The position numbers were made by a program, and so were the translations under genes. A stretch of DNA of 64,000 nt from an uncultured archaeon. GTDB lineage: Archaea; Thermoproteota; Bathyarchaeia; Bathyarchaeales; Bathycorpusculaceae. Each line of letters opens with the position of its first letter. Position 1 is the first letter of the stretch. The DNA is taken from NCBI GenBank assembly GCA_963782915.1, contig CAWALK010000014.1:31046-95045 (forward strand). The letters run 5' to 3'. The notes beneath the pieces were generated by a model that saw only the letters and a program-made list of their open reading frames with translations, was not told the DNA's origin and searched no databases. Below are positions 23,465 through 32,164 of this stretch, one piece after another.

Positions 23465-24217
23465 GTGTCTAAAATGCACAACAAGAGGATATTAGTTACA
23501 TTAATTCTCACTAGCGTTATCCTAATTTCAGTTTATACGGCTTCACCAGTAAAAGCCGCTCCAACTTTTACAATAACTGATGGGGATAACCATGGAAATC
23601 ATGATTTCGGTTATGTCGGCGATCGGTTAACTTTCAGCGGAAAAGGATTTGAGGGCAAAGCTGTTTCAATAGTCTATGACGGCATGGAGTGGGTAAATAC
23701 AAAAATCGACGAATCAGGAAATTTCAAAGTTGATTGGGTGATTATCGAAATGGCAGGCGGCAAATGTGATCCAATCGTTGTTTTAGTGGATGGCAAAGAT
23801 GCCGCCAAATCAGTCTTTGCAATATTCCCTTCTATCAGCCTAAATCCGGAAACCGGTCCAAAAGGCATAGAAGTTACAGTAATAGGCAACGGTTATTCAG
23901 CGTTTCCAGTTAAAGACGGTCTTATAGCTACTTTCGAAGGTAAAGAATTAAAGTTAGATGACCTAGAACAGGGCCATTCAGAAGGAAACTTTAGGGCAAA
24001 ATTTACTGTTCCTGACCTTAAACCTCAAACATACACCGTTACAATCTACGGAAAGGCAGACCCAACCATTATTGCATCCGAAGAATTTACAATTACATCG
24101 ATATCTGTCTTACCTGAATATCCTTTCGGCGGATTAATGGCGCTGTTCACCTGTTTCGCAATGTTTGTGCTATTCATTAAACGCAAAAATCTACCTAAGA
24201 TACAACTTCGGTTATGA
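23465..24217 (+). CDS. Secreted Ig-like surface protein with PEF-CTERM-like anchor; paralog of 20781-22015
   Basis: Shared GYVGD.L.FSG.GF, MAGG, GNG.S.FP..DGL.ATF.G and ADPT motifs; ends VLPEYPFG-TM-basic. Confidence 0.72.
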   Translation: MSKMHNKRILVTLILTSVILISVYTASPVKAAPTFTITDGDNHGNHDFGYVGDRLTFSGKGFEGKAVSIVYDGMEWVNTKIDESGNFKVDWVIIEMAGGKCDPIVVLVDGKDAAKSVFAIFPSISLNPETGPKGIEVTVIGNGYSAFPVKDGLIATFEGKELKLDDLEQGHSEGNFRAKFTVPDLKPQTYTVTIYGKADPTIIASEEFTITSISVLPEYPFGGLMALFTCFAMFVLFIKRKNLPKIQLRL

Positions 24218-24280
24218 GAGATTCGGCAGGTAACACAGCTAAGAACTCTCTAGCTTGAAGCAAAAAGATTGCTATGAGCG

Positions 24281-24970
24281 GTGCATAGAATGAATCAATC
24301 GGTCAAAAGCTTGGGCTTCTGGTCAGCAGTCATCGCAGCTTTGCTTGTTATTCTCATCGACGTGGGTATGATTGCCTCAAATATACTCTACCCCATTACT
24401 ACAATCACTAACATAGATGCGTATGCAGCCTCCTTTAGCAGCATGCAGATGCTACCGTTTGTTCCTTCACTGGTGCTTGCGCCAGTTTTTGTCATATTCA
24501 TGCTATCAATCTACCACACTGCATCCGAGGACAAGAAAATCTGGGGGCAACTAGGTCTCGCTTTCGGAGTAGTCTGCTCCGCTATCTTGAGCCTTCATTA
24601 CTACATTCAACTCACAGTAGTGCAGCAGGGACTTTTAAACAACCAGCTCGTGGGTCTCTGGCAGTTTGTAACGCCAAACCCGTACTCCTTTTTCTGGACC
24701 TTTGCCGCCTTAGGCTATGGCTTCATGGGATTTGCCCTGTTGTGTGTGGCACCCCTTTTTGCAGAAAAAATAGATCGACCCATAAAATGGCTCTTTATAG
24801 CAAACGGAATCATAGGCATCGCCTTCTTGGTTGGCAATGCACTAGGGCTTTTCATCGTCAACATCCTTGCCAGTTTTGTTTGGGGTGTTCTGTTTCCAAT
24901 CGCCGCCCTGTTGTTGGCTAAGAAATTTAGAAGCCAAAAACTTGAAAACAACAACCTTCCTCTAAGTTAA
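24281..24970 (+). CDS. Multi-pass membrane protein
   Basis: 229 aa, about six TM segments, HYYIQLTVV and LGYGFMG. Confidence 0.7.
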   Translation: MHRMNQSVKSLGFWSAVIAALLVILIDVGMIASNILYPITTITNIDAYAASFSSMQMLPFVPSLVLAPVFVIFMLSIYHTASEDKKIWGQLGLAFGVVCSAILSLHYYIQLTVVQQGLLNNQLVGLWQFVTPNPYSFFWTFAALGYGFMGFALLCVAPLFAEKIDRPIKWLFIANGIIGIAFLVGNALGLFIVNILASFVWGVLFPIAALLLAKKFRSQKLENNNLPLS

Positions 24971-24985
24971 CACGGAGCATATGGT

Positions 24986-25405
24986 ATGGCGTTGAGTGCT
25001 TTTAGTGACAAAACAAAACCGCCACAAGACACCGAATTAGCAGCAACACTCGGAGGCAGCTTTAATGTCTGGACCCAGCTAATTAACGACTTATCAAACC
25101 GTTTTACGCCCCTAACTGTCGAATGGGGGTTTTCTAGCCCCAAAACAGGCTGGGGATTGAGGCTAAAGCAGCCAAAACGAACCGTTCTGTATATGACTCC
25201 TTGCAAGGGCTACTTTTTGGTTTCGTTTGCTTTAGGCGAGAAGGCAGTTCAAGCAGCACATGAGTGCGGTTTGCCAGCGCAGGTTTTAGCGGTGATTGAT
25301 GGTGCAAAGCGGTATGCTGAAGGTAGAGGTGTACGATTGGAAATTAAAAGTGCAGACGACTTGGCGTGGGTTCTAAAAATTGCGGATGCCAAGATGAAAA
25401 ATTAG
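24986..25405 (+). CDS. DUF3788 family protein
   Basis: EWGF..PKTGW..RLK..KRT..Y, LGEKA, YAEGRG..LE. Confidence 0.8.
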   Translation: MALSAFSDKTKPPQDTELAATLGGSFNVWTQLINDLSNRFTPLTVEWGFSSPKTGWGLRLKQPKRTVLYMTPCKGYFLVSFALGEKAVQAAHECGLPAQVLAVIDGAKRYAEGRGVRLEIKSADDLAWVLKIADAKMKN

Positions 25406-25445
25406 CGGTGGCAAAGTTTAACCGTTATAGTCACCACTTTTATGA

Positions 25446-26339
25446 ATGCTTAAGGGTTTGATGGAAATGCTTCGAAGTACAGTTATCGAAAAAGTGAATG
25501 CTTACGACAAAGTTGGAGTAGCACGAGCAGACGCCAACAAAGCACTTACATACCTCAAAGAGCTCAGAGCAAAGTATGCATTCACTGAAAACCTCCGAGA
25601 AATCGAGTGGCTAGACGCCGATAAACTCTTCAAAGTAAACCCTGATGAAACAGGCCAATTCTTCCATCTCATAGAAGGCTACCTTAAGCCGCTACGTTAC
25701 TCAACCCCCAACAGCTCAAACGTTTACCGCAACGCACGGTTGCAACTCAAGGAATTCAAAAACATGCTGCGCATCGCAGTCGATGACCGCAAATCCTTGG
25801 CAGAAAAAGTTGATGCACCATGGGAAAGAATAGGCGGCATTGCACCAGACAAGCAACTCGCAAAAGAAATCATATTCTGCTTCAACTATGAAAACGGAAT
25901 GGTCCTGCCAATCTTTAGCAACCAACACCTGCGCCACTTCGTTAACCGTGTCGTTGAAGGGGCAAGTGGACAAACAAAATATTTATCGCTTGGTCAAGAA
26001 TACGAACACTTTACCACTGAATTGATAAAAGCAAAGAATAGTTTGCCCATAACTAAAACTTGGGATACAACTTATTTTGCGCTTTTCCTGTACCAAAATT
26101 ATCCGCCGCCAGACAGTGAACCCATCGGAGTCAACGCGTCACCCAGCAGAACAGTTGGGCATGAGGTGTCTAATGAGCAGTTGGAGCTTCAGGGCTTTAT
26201 GAGGTTGCTTGGTGAGTTGCAGAAGCAGGGTAAAATAGATGGGGAACAATTCAGGGAGAACCGTAGTTTGTGGAATCAGCAACCCAGCGAACGTGAGGGG
26301 CTAACTCAACGCCTGAAAAGGCTGCTTAACCCCGAATAA
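25446..26339 (+). CDS. Hypothetical protein
   Basis: Intact 297-aa ORF co-oriented with neighbours; no family recognised. Confidence 0.7.
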   Translation: MLKGLMEMLRSTVIEKVNAYDKVGVARADANKALTYLKELRAKYAFTENLREIEWLDADKLFKVNPDETGQFFHLIEGYLKPLRYSTPNSSNVYRNARLQLKEFKNMLRIAVDDRKSLAEKVDAPWERIGGIAPDKQLAKEIIFCFNYENGMVLPIFSNQHLRHFVNRVVEGASGQTKYLSLGQEYEHFTTELIKAKNSLPITKTWDTTYFALFLYQNYPPPDSEPIGVNASPSRTVGHEVSNEQLELQGFMRLLGELQKQGKIDGEQFRENRSLWNQQPSEREGLTQRLKRLLNPE

Positions 26340-26362
26340 GGCTTCCCCCTTTCGCTATTGCG

Positions 26363-27859
26363 TTAGGTTTGGGTGGTAGCCTCAAACTTTTTGTTATCTG
26401 ATTTGCAGATGTCTCGGATGAGGTTGCGTCCCATCAAACAAACCGTGTTTAATCCGATAGTGCCGCCTGCCCACTGCCCAACCATATAGAAATTCTCTAA
26501 TCCAGGCAGGGTTTTGCTTACGCCGTTCTTGGTAACTTCTTTTTGGAGCTCTTTTGGTGCACCCCATGCTTGACATCCTCGGAATGCCCCTGTCCAGTGC
26601 TGTACGGATATTGGTGTTACAACATCGGTGGCTTCAAGGTTCGTTTTGAATCCGGCGAATCGTTTCTCTAACTGTTCAGCGATTACATCTGCAACCCTCT
26701 GTTTTTCAGCACGGTATTGCTCTGGTTTGAGTGCTTTCCAATAATCATACTTTGAGTCAAGGACGACTTTGACTACCGTTTTGCCTTTCGGCGCTATTGT
26801 TGGGTCAAAATTAAAAACCTCAATATCCAACCTGTCCCTTGCAACATCTTCGATGGTTATGGGTTGGTCTAGGAAACGCACAATCGCATGCGGCTCGTTT
26901 GGGAGCTCCATGTTGATGCCGTACCATACTTCGAGGCCAAACGCTTGAGTTTTCCAATACGACTTGTAGTAGGCATCGATTTTTTGGTTTACATATTTTC
27001 CGTCTAGCATTTCAAAGATAGTGCTGTAACCGTCCGCCGCAGAAACCACTAAGTCAGCAAAATGTTCGGTACCATCTTCCAATTGGATGCCGACAGCTTT
27101 GTTGTCTTTTACGATTATCTTTTTCACTTTAGCCTTGTAGGTAACTTCGCCGCCCAACTCCAAATATCGCTTCTCGATGTTTTCCGATATTGCACTGGAG
27201 CCGCCTATAGGCCACCCTGCATCACCTTTGTCTTGCACTGACAAGAAAATAAGAGGGACCAGCGTTGGCGCTTCAGCGATATCGTATTGGATAGTTGGTA
27301 ATGCCTTGCGTAGAAAAGGGTCGCTGAATTGTTCAGCGTAATCTTTGATGGTTATTTTACCAAATTTCATTAATGCCCCCATGAGCGGTAGCATTTTGAG
27401 TTTAGTTAATGCCCCACCCGTCATGGCTTCCATTAAGTCTTTTCCACCGAATTTTTTGGCAGCGCCTACAAATTCTTCGATGAGTTTGCTGTCGGCTGGG
27501 GCGAGCTGCTTTAGGTGTGCCTCGAGTTTGTTTAGATCGGTATAGAGCCTGAGGACTTTTCCATCTACATCTTCAACTTGCACAAATTCTTCGAAATGAT
27601 ATGCTTGGGTGTTTCTGAGTGCGCCGAGTTCCTTCCAAATCTGAGTGTAAATGTTTTTTATGGTGGGGTTGGTGGTGACGCCGAAGACATTATGGACAGC
27701 GTAATCAAAGATGTAGCCTTTACGCTTCCAGGAAACGCAAATGCCGCCGGGTTTTTGCTGCATTTCATAGATCTTGGTTTGGTAACCGTTCATTTGGGCA
27801 TAGCAGCCTGTGGCTAAACCAGCAAGACCAGCTCCGATAACAATGATTGATTTGGGCAT
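26363..27859 (-). CDS. Phytoene desaturase-like FAD-dependent oxidoreductase
   Basis: IIVIGAGLAGL, PGG.C.SW.RKGY.FD, TLPGLENFYMVGQW; probable start MPKS at 27859. Confidence 0.85.
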   Translation of the reverse strand: MPKSIIVIGAGLAGLATGCYAQMNGYQTKIYEMQQKPGGICVSWKRKGYIFDYAVHNVFGVTTNPTIKNIYTQIWKELGALRNTQAYHFEEFVQVEDVDGKVLRLYTDLNKLEAHLKQLAPADSKLIEEFVGAAKKFGGKDLMEAMTGGALTKLKMLPLMGALMKFGKITIKDYAEQFSDPFLRKALPTIQYDIAEAPTLVPLIFLSVQDKGDAGWPIGGSSAISENIEKRYLELGGEVTYKAKVKKIIVKDNKAVGIQLEDGTEHFADLVVSAADGYSTIFEMLDGKYVNQKIDAYYKSYWKTQAFGLEVWYGINMELPNEPHAIVRFLDQPITIEDVARDRLDIEVFNFDPTIAPKGKTVVKVVLDSKYDYWKALKPEQYRAEKQRVADVIAEQLEKRFAGFKTNLEATDVVTPISVQHWTGAFRGCQAWGAPKELQKEVTKNGVSKTLPGLENFYMVGQWAGGTIGLNTVCLMGRNLIRDICKSDNKKFEATTQT

Positions 27860-28034
27860 CTGAGTATGGCTCCAAGTGCTGTTTGGCTTAAGAATTATTA
27901 TATCTTTTGCGTACGTGAAGTAGTGGCAACAGCGAAGCACTCACAATTCTTTAAGAATAGATCCGCGAGTGTTCATATGAATCAGAAATTATCCTAATTG
28001 CTTGCCCATATCAAGTATTTGTGAGGTGTCATTT

Positions 28035-28178
28035 GTGAAAGTTTTGCAAGAATGTATCCAATTTGAAGAGCCACCTACTCCGTACCCTCCACAGCCAAAC
28101 CCAGAACCCGAACCTGAACCTAATCCGGAACCGGAGCCGCAACCGTCTAAGCCTCAACCGGAACAAACCAGACTCTAA
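28035..28178 (+). CDS. 47-aa Pro/Glu-repeat peptide
   Basis: GAGGTG SD, GTG start, MKVLQECIQFEEPPTPYPPQPNPEPEPEPNPEPEPQPSKPQPEQTRL*; varied synonymous codons in the repeat. Confidence 0.55.
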   Translation: MKVLQECIQFEEPPTPYPPQPNPEPEPEPNPEPEPQPSKPQPEQTRL

Positions 28179-28226
28179 GCGGAATTTCTTTTCAGCCAAT
28201 CTGCAGTAGAGGTTCGTTATTGAGCT

Positions 28227-28910
28227 GTGAATGCTAAGATAGTTGAGAATTCAGCGTACAGAGATCGAATATCCGTTTTTAGGGACAGGTTTGAAGCTGG
28301 CAAGATCTTAGCTAAAGAGCTCAAGGAGTATGCCGGTAATAAAGAAACGATTGTTTTGGCGGTTCCTGCCGGCGGAGTCCCAGTGGGTTGCATGATTGCA
28401 CAAAAACTCGCTGCTCCAATGGATATAATAATTGTCAGAAAGGTCCAGATTCCCTGGAGCCCCGAAGCAGGTTTTGGCGCAGTAGCATGGGATGGCAAAT
28501 TCATCTTAAACGAAGAGTTGGTTAAACAGTTACACCTAACACCTCAAGAAGTGGAGACTGCTCTTTTAGCGGCGAAGAAAAATGTTGAGGAGCGACTTAG
28601 AAAGTTCAGAGGAGACAAACCCTTGCCCCACTTAGCTGATAAAATTGTTGTTTTAGTTGATGACGGGTTAGCTTCCGGTTTTACCATGCTCGTAGCAGTT
28701 AATTCAGTGAAGGAGAAAGCCCCCAAGAAAATAGTCGTCGCTGTACCGACGGCTTCATTGGGCGCTATAGAGTTGCTTGTGCATGAAGTGGATGAGATTG
28801 TGTGCCCTAACATAAGAACCGGAGAGTCATTCGCCGTTGCGGAAGCTTATGAGAACTGGTATGACTTGAGCGATGAAGAGGTTTTAGAGTTGATCGCAGA
28901 AAAACAGTAA
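28227..28910 (+). CDS. Type I phosphoribosyltransferase family protein
   Basis: FRDRFEAG, AVPAGGVPV, PRPP-binding VVLVDDGLASG.TM. Confidence 0.9.
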   Translation: MNAKIVENSAYRDRISVFRDRFEAGKILAKELKEYAGNKETIVLAVPAGGVPVGCMIAQKLAAPMDIIIVRKVQIPWSPEAGFGAVAWDGKFILNEELVKQLHLTPQEVETALLAAKKNVEERLRKFRGDKPLPHLADKIVVLVDDGLASGFTMLVAVNSVKEKAPKKIVVAVPTASLGAIELLVHEVDEIVCPNIRTGESFAVAEAYENWYDLSDEEVLELIAEKQ

Positions 28911-28914
28911 GCTG

Positions 28915-29457
28915 CTATGGCTTTTTATTCGCCTCTTTGGCGCTCAAAAGCTTTATTGTTGCTTTACAAAACTCGGGCAAATCGTCAGGCGAGCGAGAAG
29001 TAACGAGGTTGCCGTCAACTACTGCTGCTTCATCAACAACTTTTGCACCTGCATTCCTCAAATCCGTTCTAACTGAGGGCCAACTTGTAGCGGTTTTCCC
29101 TCTGACAATGTCTGCTTCTATGAGCATTTGAGGTCCATGGCAAATGGCAGCGATTACTTTGCCTTTGCTATTTGCTTGCTTTACTATTGTTACTAAGTTT
29201 GGATGGATGCGCATGCGATCAGGTGCTTGACCGCCGGGAATAATCACCGCATCATAATCGTCTACATTAATTTCGTCGGGTGAGAACTCTGAGAAAAAGG
29301 GGCCGCCACGTTTGCCTATGTACTCAGTTTTAGCTTTTGGAGCGACGATGTCCATTTTATAGCCCTCTTCTTGAAAACGGTAGTAAGGATAAATGAACTC
29401 TGAGTCTTCTACGCCTTTTTCTAACATGATGAGGATTTTCTTCATAAGGGTCACCAT
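28915..29457 (-). CDS. pfpI: PfpI/DJ-1 family protein
   Basis: EDSE..YP, IPGG.APD, AAICHGPQ, LVTSRSPDDL. Confidence 0.9.
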   Translation of the reverse strand: MVTLMKKILIMLEKGVEDSEFIYPYYRFQEEGYKMDIVAPKAKTEYIGKRGGPFFSEFSPDEINVDDYDAVIIPGGQAPDRMRIHPNLVTIVKQANSKGKVIAAICHGPQMLIEADIVRGKTATSWPSVRTDLRNAGAKVVDEAAVVDGNLVTSRSPDDLPEFCKATIKLLSAKEANKKP

Positions 29458-29910
29458 TACTCACAGTAATTGCTGAAAATTATGATATAAGAGATTGTTG
29501 GAGCGAACAGTGATACAACACTATAACCTGCGTTTTTGGATGTGATTTTAAAAAAACGCGATGGATAGAGAAATGGTGCTCCACTGAGGATGCCTAAAAC
29601 AGGAAATAGGTCTCTTGGCCTTTGTGTCTTTGATTGTATTTCTGAATAATTTGAGCACCAAATTCCTGGCTACAGGCAGATGCTTTACGGCAGGAATAAC
29701 AGGATTGTGGTAGCAGAAGCGTCAGGGAGCCTTCTGATAAATAGTACCCGATTGTAAGCTTGCAGTTTTGTGATTCTACATTTGCAATACCAAATACGCC
29801 GTCCTGTGGTCTATAGTTGCTGACGAACTCCAAACTTTAACACCTATACTCTTAATTGCCCATTAACGGGCTGTTGACGCATAAAAAATCGCGTGACTGC
29901 CCCTATACAG

Positions 29911-30085
29911 CAACATTATTCTTTTGTTTTGTGTGGTTGTGGGTGGTGTAGGTTTTTACAAGTTTGGGTTGTGTTTTGGGTTGCTTTTTTGGTTTAGGGC
30001 TTTTTTTGTTGGTTGTTTGGTTGTGGGAGGCACTTATTTTTTGCCACAAGTATGTTGGTTTGGTTGTGTGTAGTTGTGGGTGTAT
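29911..30085. repeat. G/T-skewed dispersed intergenic repeat, copy 2
   Basis: Blocks collinear with 619-760 and 50628-50700. Confidence 0.5.
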
Positions 30086-30248
30086 GTTGAATTCACTTAT
30101 TTCCTGTATGCCCATTGAGAAGGTACCTGAAATAATCCTTGGGTCTCTTGGCAAATCCCAAATTTAATTCGCTACCTCCTTCCGTTAACTAAAAGAAAAA
30201 AACGGTCTTTTTATTCTATGTTATCTACCTGTAAATGGTGGAGATTGA

Positions 30249-30701
30249 ATGGTTAAACTCAAAATCGGAGATAAAGCACCCGACTTCACCCTCAAATCAA
30301 GTACCGGCGAGACTGTTACTTTGTCAGGGTTTTATGGAAAAAAGAATGTGGTGCTTTTCTTCTATCCCCGAGATGAAGGACCAACCTGCGTCAAAGAAGC
30401 AGAAGCTTTCAGAGACAGCTATGATGGCTTCAGAGAAAAAGATGCAGAAGTTATCGGCATAAGCGGTCAAAGTGTGGAGTCACACAAGAGCTTTGTTGCT
30501 CATCGTAACTTGCCCTATATTCTATTGAGCGACGCTGACGGAAGTGTTCGGAAATTGTATGGCGTTGCATCTACCTTGGGGGTTCCCGGAAGGGTAACTT
30601 TTGTTATCGACAAAAAAGGTACCGTGGTGCATATTTTTGTTTCGCAGCTTCAATTCACCAAACATGCCAAGGAAGCGTTGGGTGCATTAAAAAATTGTTG
30701 A
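30249..30701 (+). CDS. bcp: Peroxiredoxin, BCP/PrxQ type (single Cys in the active-site motif)
   Basis: [33 protein letters not shown]. Confidence 0.88.
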   Translation: MVKLKIGDKAPDFTLKSSTGETVTLSGFYGKKNVVLFFYPRDEGPTCVKEAEAFRDSYDGFREKDAEVIGISGQSVESHKSFVAHRNLPYILLSDADGSVRKLYGVASTLGVPGRVTFVIDKKGTVVHIFVSQLQFTKHAKEALGALKNC

Positions 30702-30712
30702 TTTTTACGGGA

Positions 30713-31207
30713 TTATGGGGCAGCGGGTGCATCAACGTTTGTGGGTTTCGCCGATTTTTTTGTTCGCCAAGTTAAGCCACTGTAGATTGTAATCGCCAAA
30801 AGGACCGCAAAAACCGCTGCTTTGATAACCGTGAAATCTATGACTGCAGAGTAGAGCGCGAACGCCGCCGGAAATGCCCCAATGAACAGAGTGAAGAATA
30901 TGGCTGTGGGTAGTTTGTAGCTGTATTTGTAGTCTTTGAAGATGCGTCTGCCAAAGTACAATGCCGCTAACCGTCCCATGCCGTGCGTGCATTTTATGCA
31001 GTTGTAGCATGGACGCAGGCATCCGATGAAGTGCAGTACGCCATAAATTGCGATTAGCGCCACTATGAAAAATGCGATACCCACTGTTATGTCATATAGT
31101 AGAAAAGCGACTGTGTCAAGAACAATCCAGAGGAAAAGGGCAAGGTTACCGAATATAACCAAGTTTTCGGGGAAGAAAATTGGTCGACCGTTTTTTGGTT
31201 CTGCCAT
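30713..31207 (-). CDS. Four-TM membrane protein with Cys cluster
   Basis: CLRPCYNCIKCTHG between TM2 and TM3. Confidence 0.7.
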   Translation of the reverse strand: MAEPKNGRPIFFPENLVIFGNLALFLWIVLDTVAFLLYDITVGIAFFIVALIAIYGVLHFIGCLRPCYNCIKCTHGMGRLAALYFGRRIFKDYKYSYKLPTAIFFTLFIGAFPAAFALYSAVIDFTVIKAAVFAVLLAITIYSGLTWRTKKSAKPTNVDAPAAP

Positions 31208-31313
31208 GCCAGCCTATTGCAGCGGATGGCATATAAGGTTTACAACACTTGTGTCATTAGGCAGTGTGCATTAATACTTCATTAATTTTGGAATACCCCT
31301 TGAGGAGTTAGCA

Positions 31314-31898
31314 ATGGAACATCACATTGACCGTGTCAAATTCTTAATGTCCGAAGAAAGAAAGCAACAGCATAATCCGGAAACGATTCTAAATGAGGCA
31401 GGGGTAACGAAAGGAATGGTGATAGCAGACTTGGGTTCGGGACCCGGCTTCTTCACTATACCATTGGCTCAGATGACGGGAGAAAAAGGCCTCGTATATG
31501 CAGTCGATAGCAACCAGACAATGCTAGATGGCTTAAAAGAAAACATTACCAAGTCAGAAGTGAACCCAAATATCATAAAAATGGTAAATAATGATGTCTG
31601 CCATACCGGAATTCCCAATGAATCCGTCGACCTTGTTTTTTTCGCTAACGTTCTTCACGAGGTAGAAGATAGGAAAGCTTTCTTCCAAGAGGTTAAGCGT
31701 ATATCCAAACCAACAGCCTACATCGTTGATGTAGACTTCAAGAAAATACAAACAGAAAATGGACCGCCATTAAAAATGCGCCTCTCCGAAGCAGAGGCTT
31801 CCGGTGTTCTTGTAGAGAATGGTTTTTCGGTTATAAAACAAATTGATGTGGGCCCTTATCATTATGAGTTAGTTTGTAAGCCAACTGTTCGCTCCTAA
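31314..31898 (+). CDS. Class I SAM-dependent methyltransferase
   Basis: IADLGSGPGFFT, VYAVD, SVDLVFFANVLHE. Confidence 0.9.
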   Translation: MEHHIDRVKFLMSEERKQQHNPETILNEAGVTKGMVIADLGSGPGFFTIPLAQMTGEKGLVYAVDSNQTMLDGLKENITKSEVNPNIIKMVNNDVCHTGIPNESVDLVFFANVLHEVEDRKAFFQEVKRISKPTAYIVDVDFKKIQTENGPPLKMRLSEAEASGVLVENGFSVIKQIDVGPYHYELVCKPTVRS

Positions 31899-31942
31899 AA
31901 TCAACAAAGATTAACGATCAGCGGCTCCTCAGTTTCGGTCGG

Positions 31943-31979
31943 TGGAAGTAGTCGGCGCTATACCCCTACGACTACTATA
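31943..31979 (-). repeat. Solo GTAG-type palindrome (TAGTCG stem)
   Basis: GGAAGTAGTCG-gcgctataccccta-CGACTACTA, near-identical to 54251-54289. Confidence 0.75.
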
Positions 31980-32164
31980 ACTGCGGATTATCGCTTGTTT
32001 GATGCATTTTAGCATAAATTTGTGTGCATTCGATTCTGCTCGCGACAGAAATATTTTCGAGAAAGCCATTTTTCGGAAACTCTTTTAAGGCTATAACTTC
32101 AATCAAAACCCTCACTGAAGAAGGAAAAAATCAGTGTTTTTGAAAAATAAGGTGAAAAATAGAA

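Noticed and set aside
29594-29833. 79-aa ORF as a transposase remnant
   Set aside because: No DDE or HUH motif or terminal repeats recognised.
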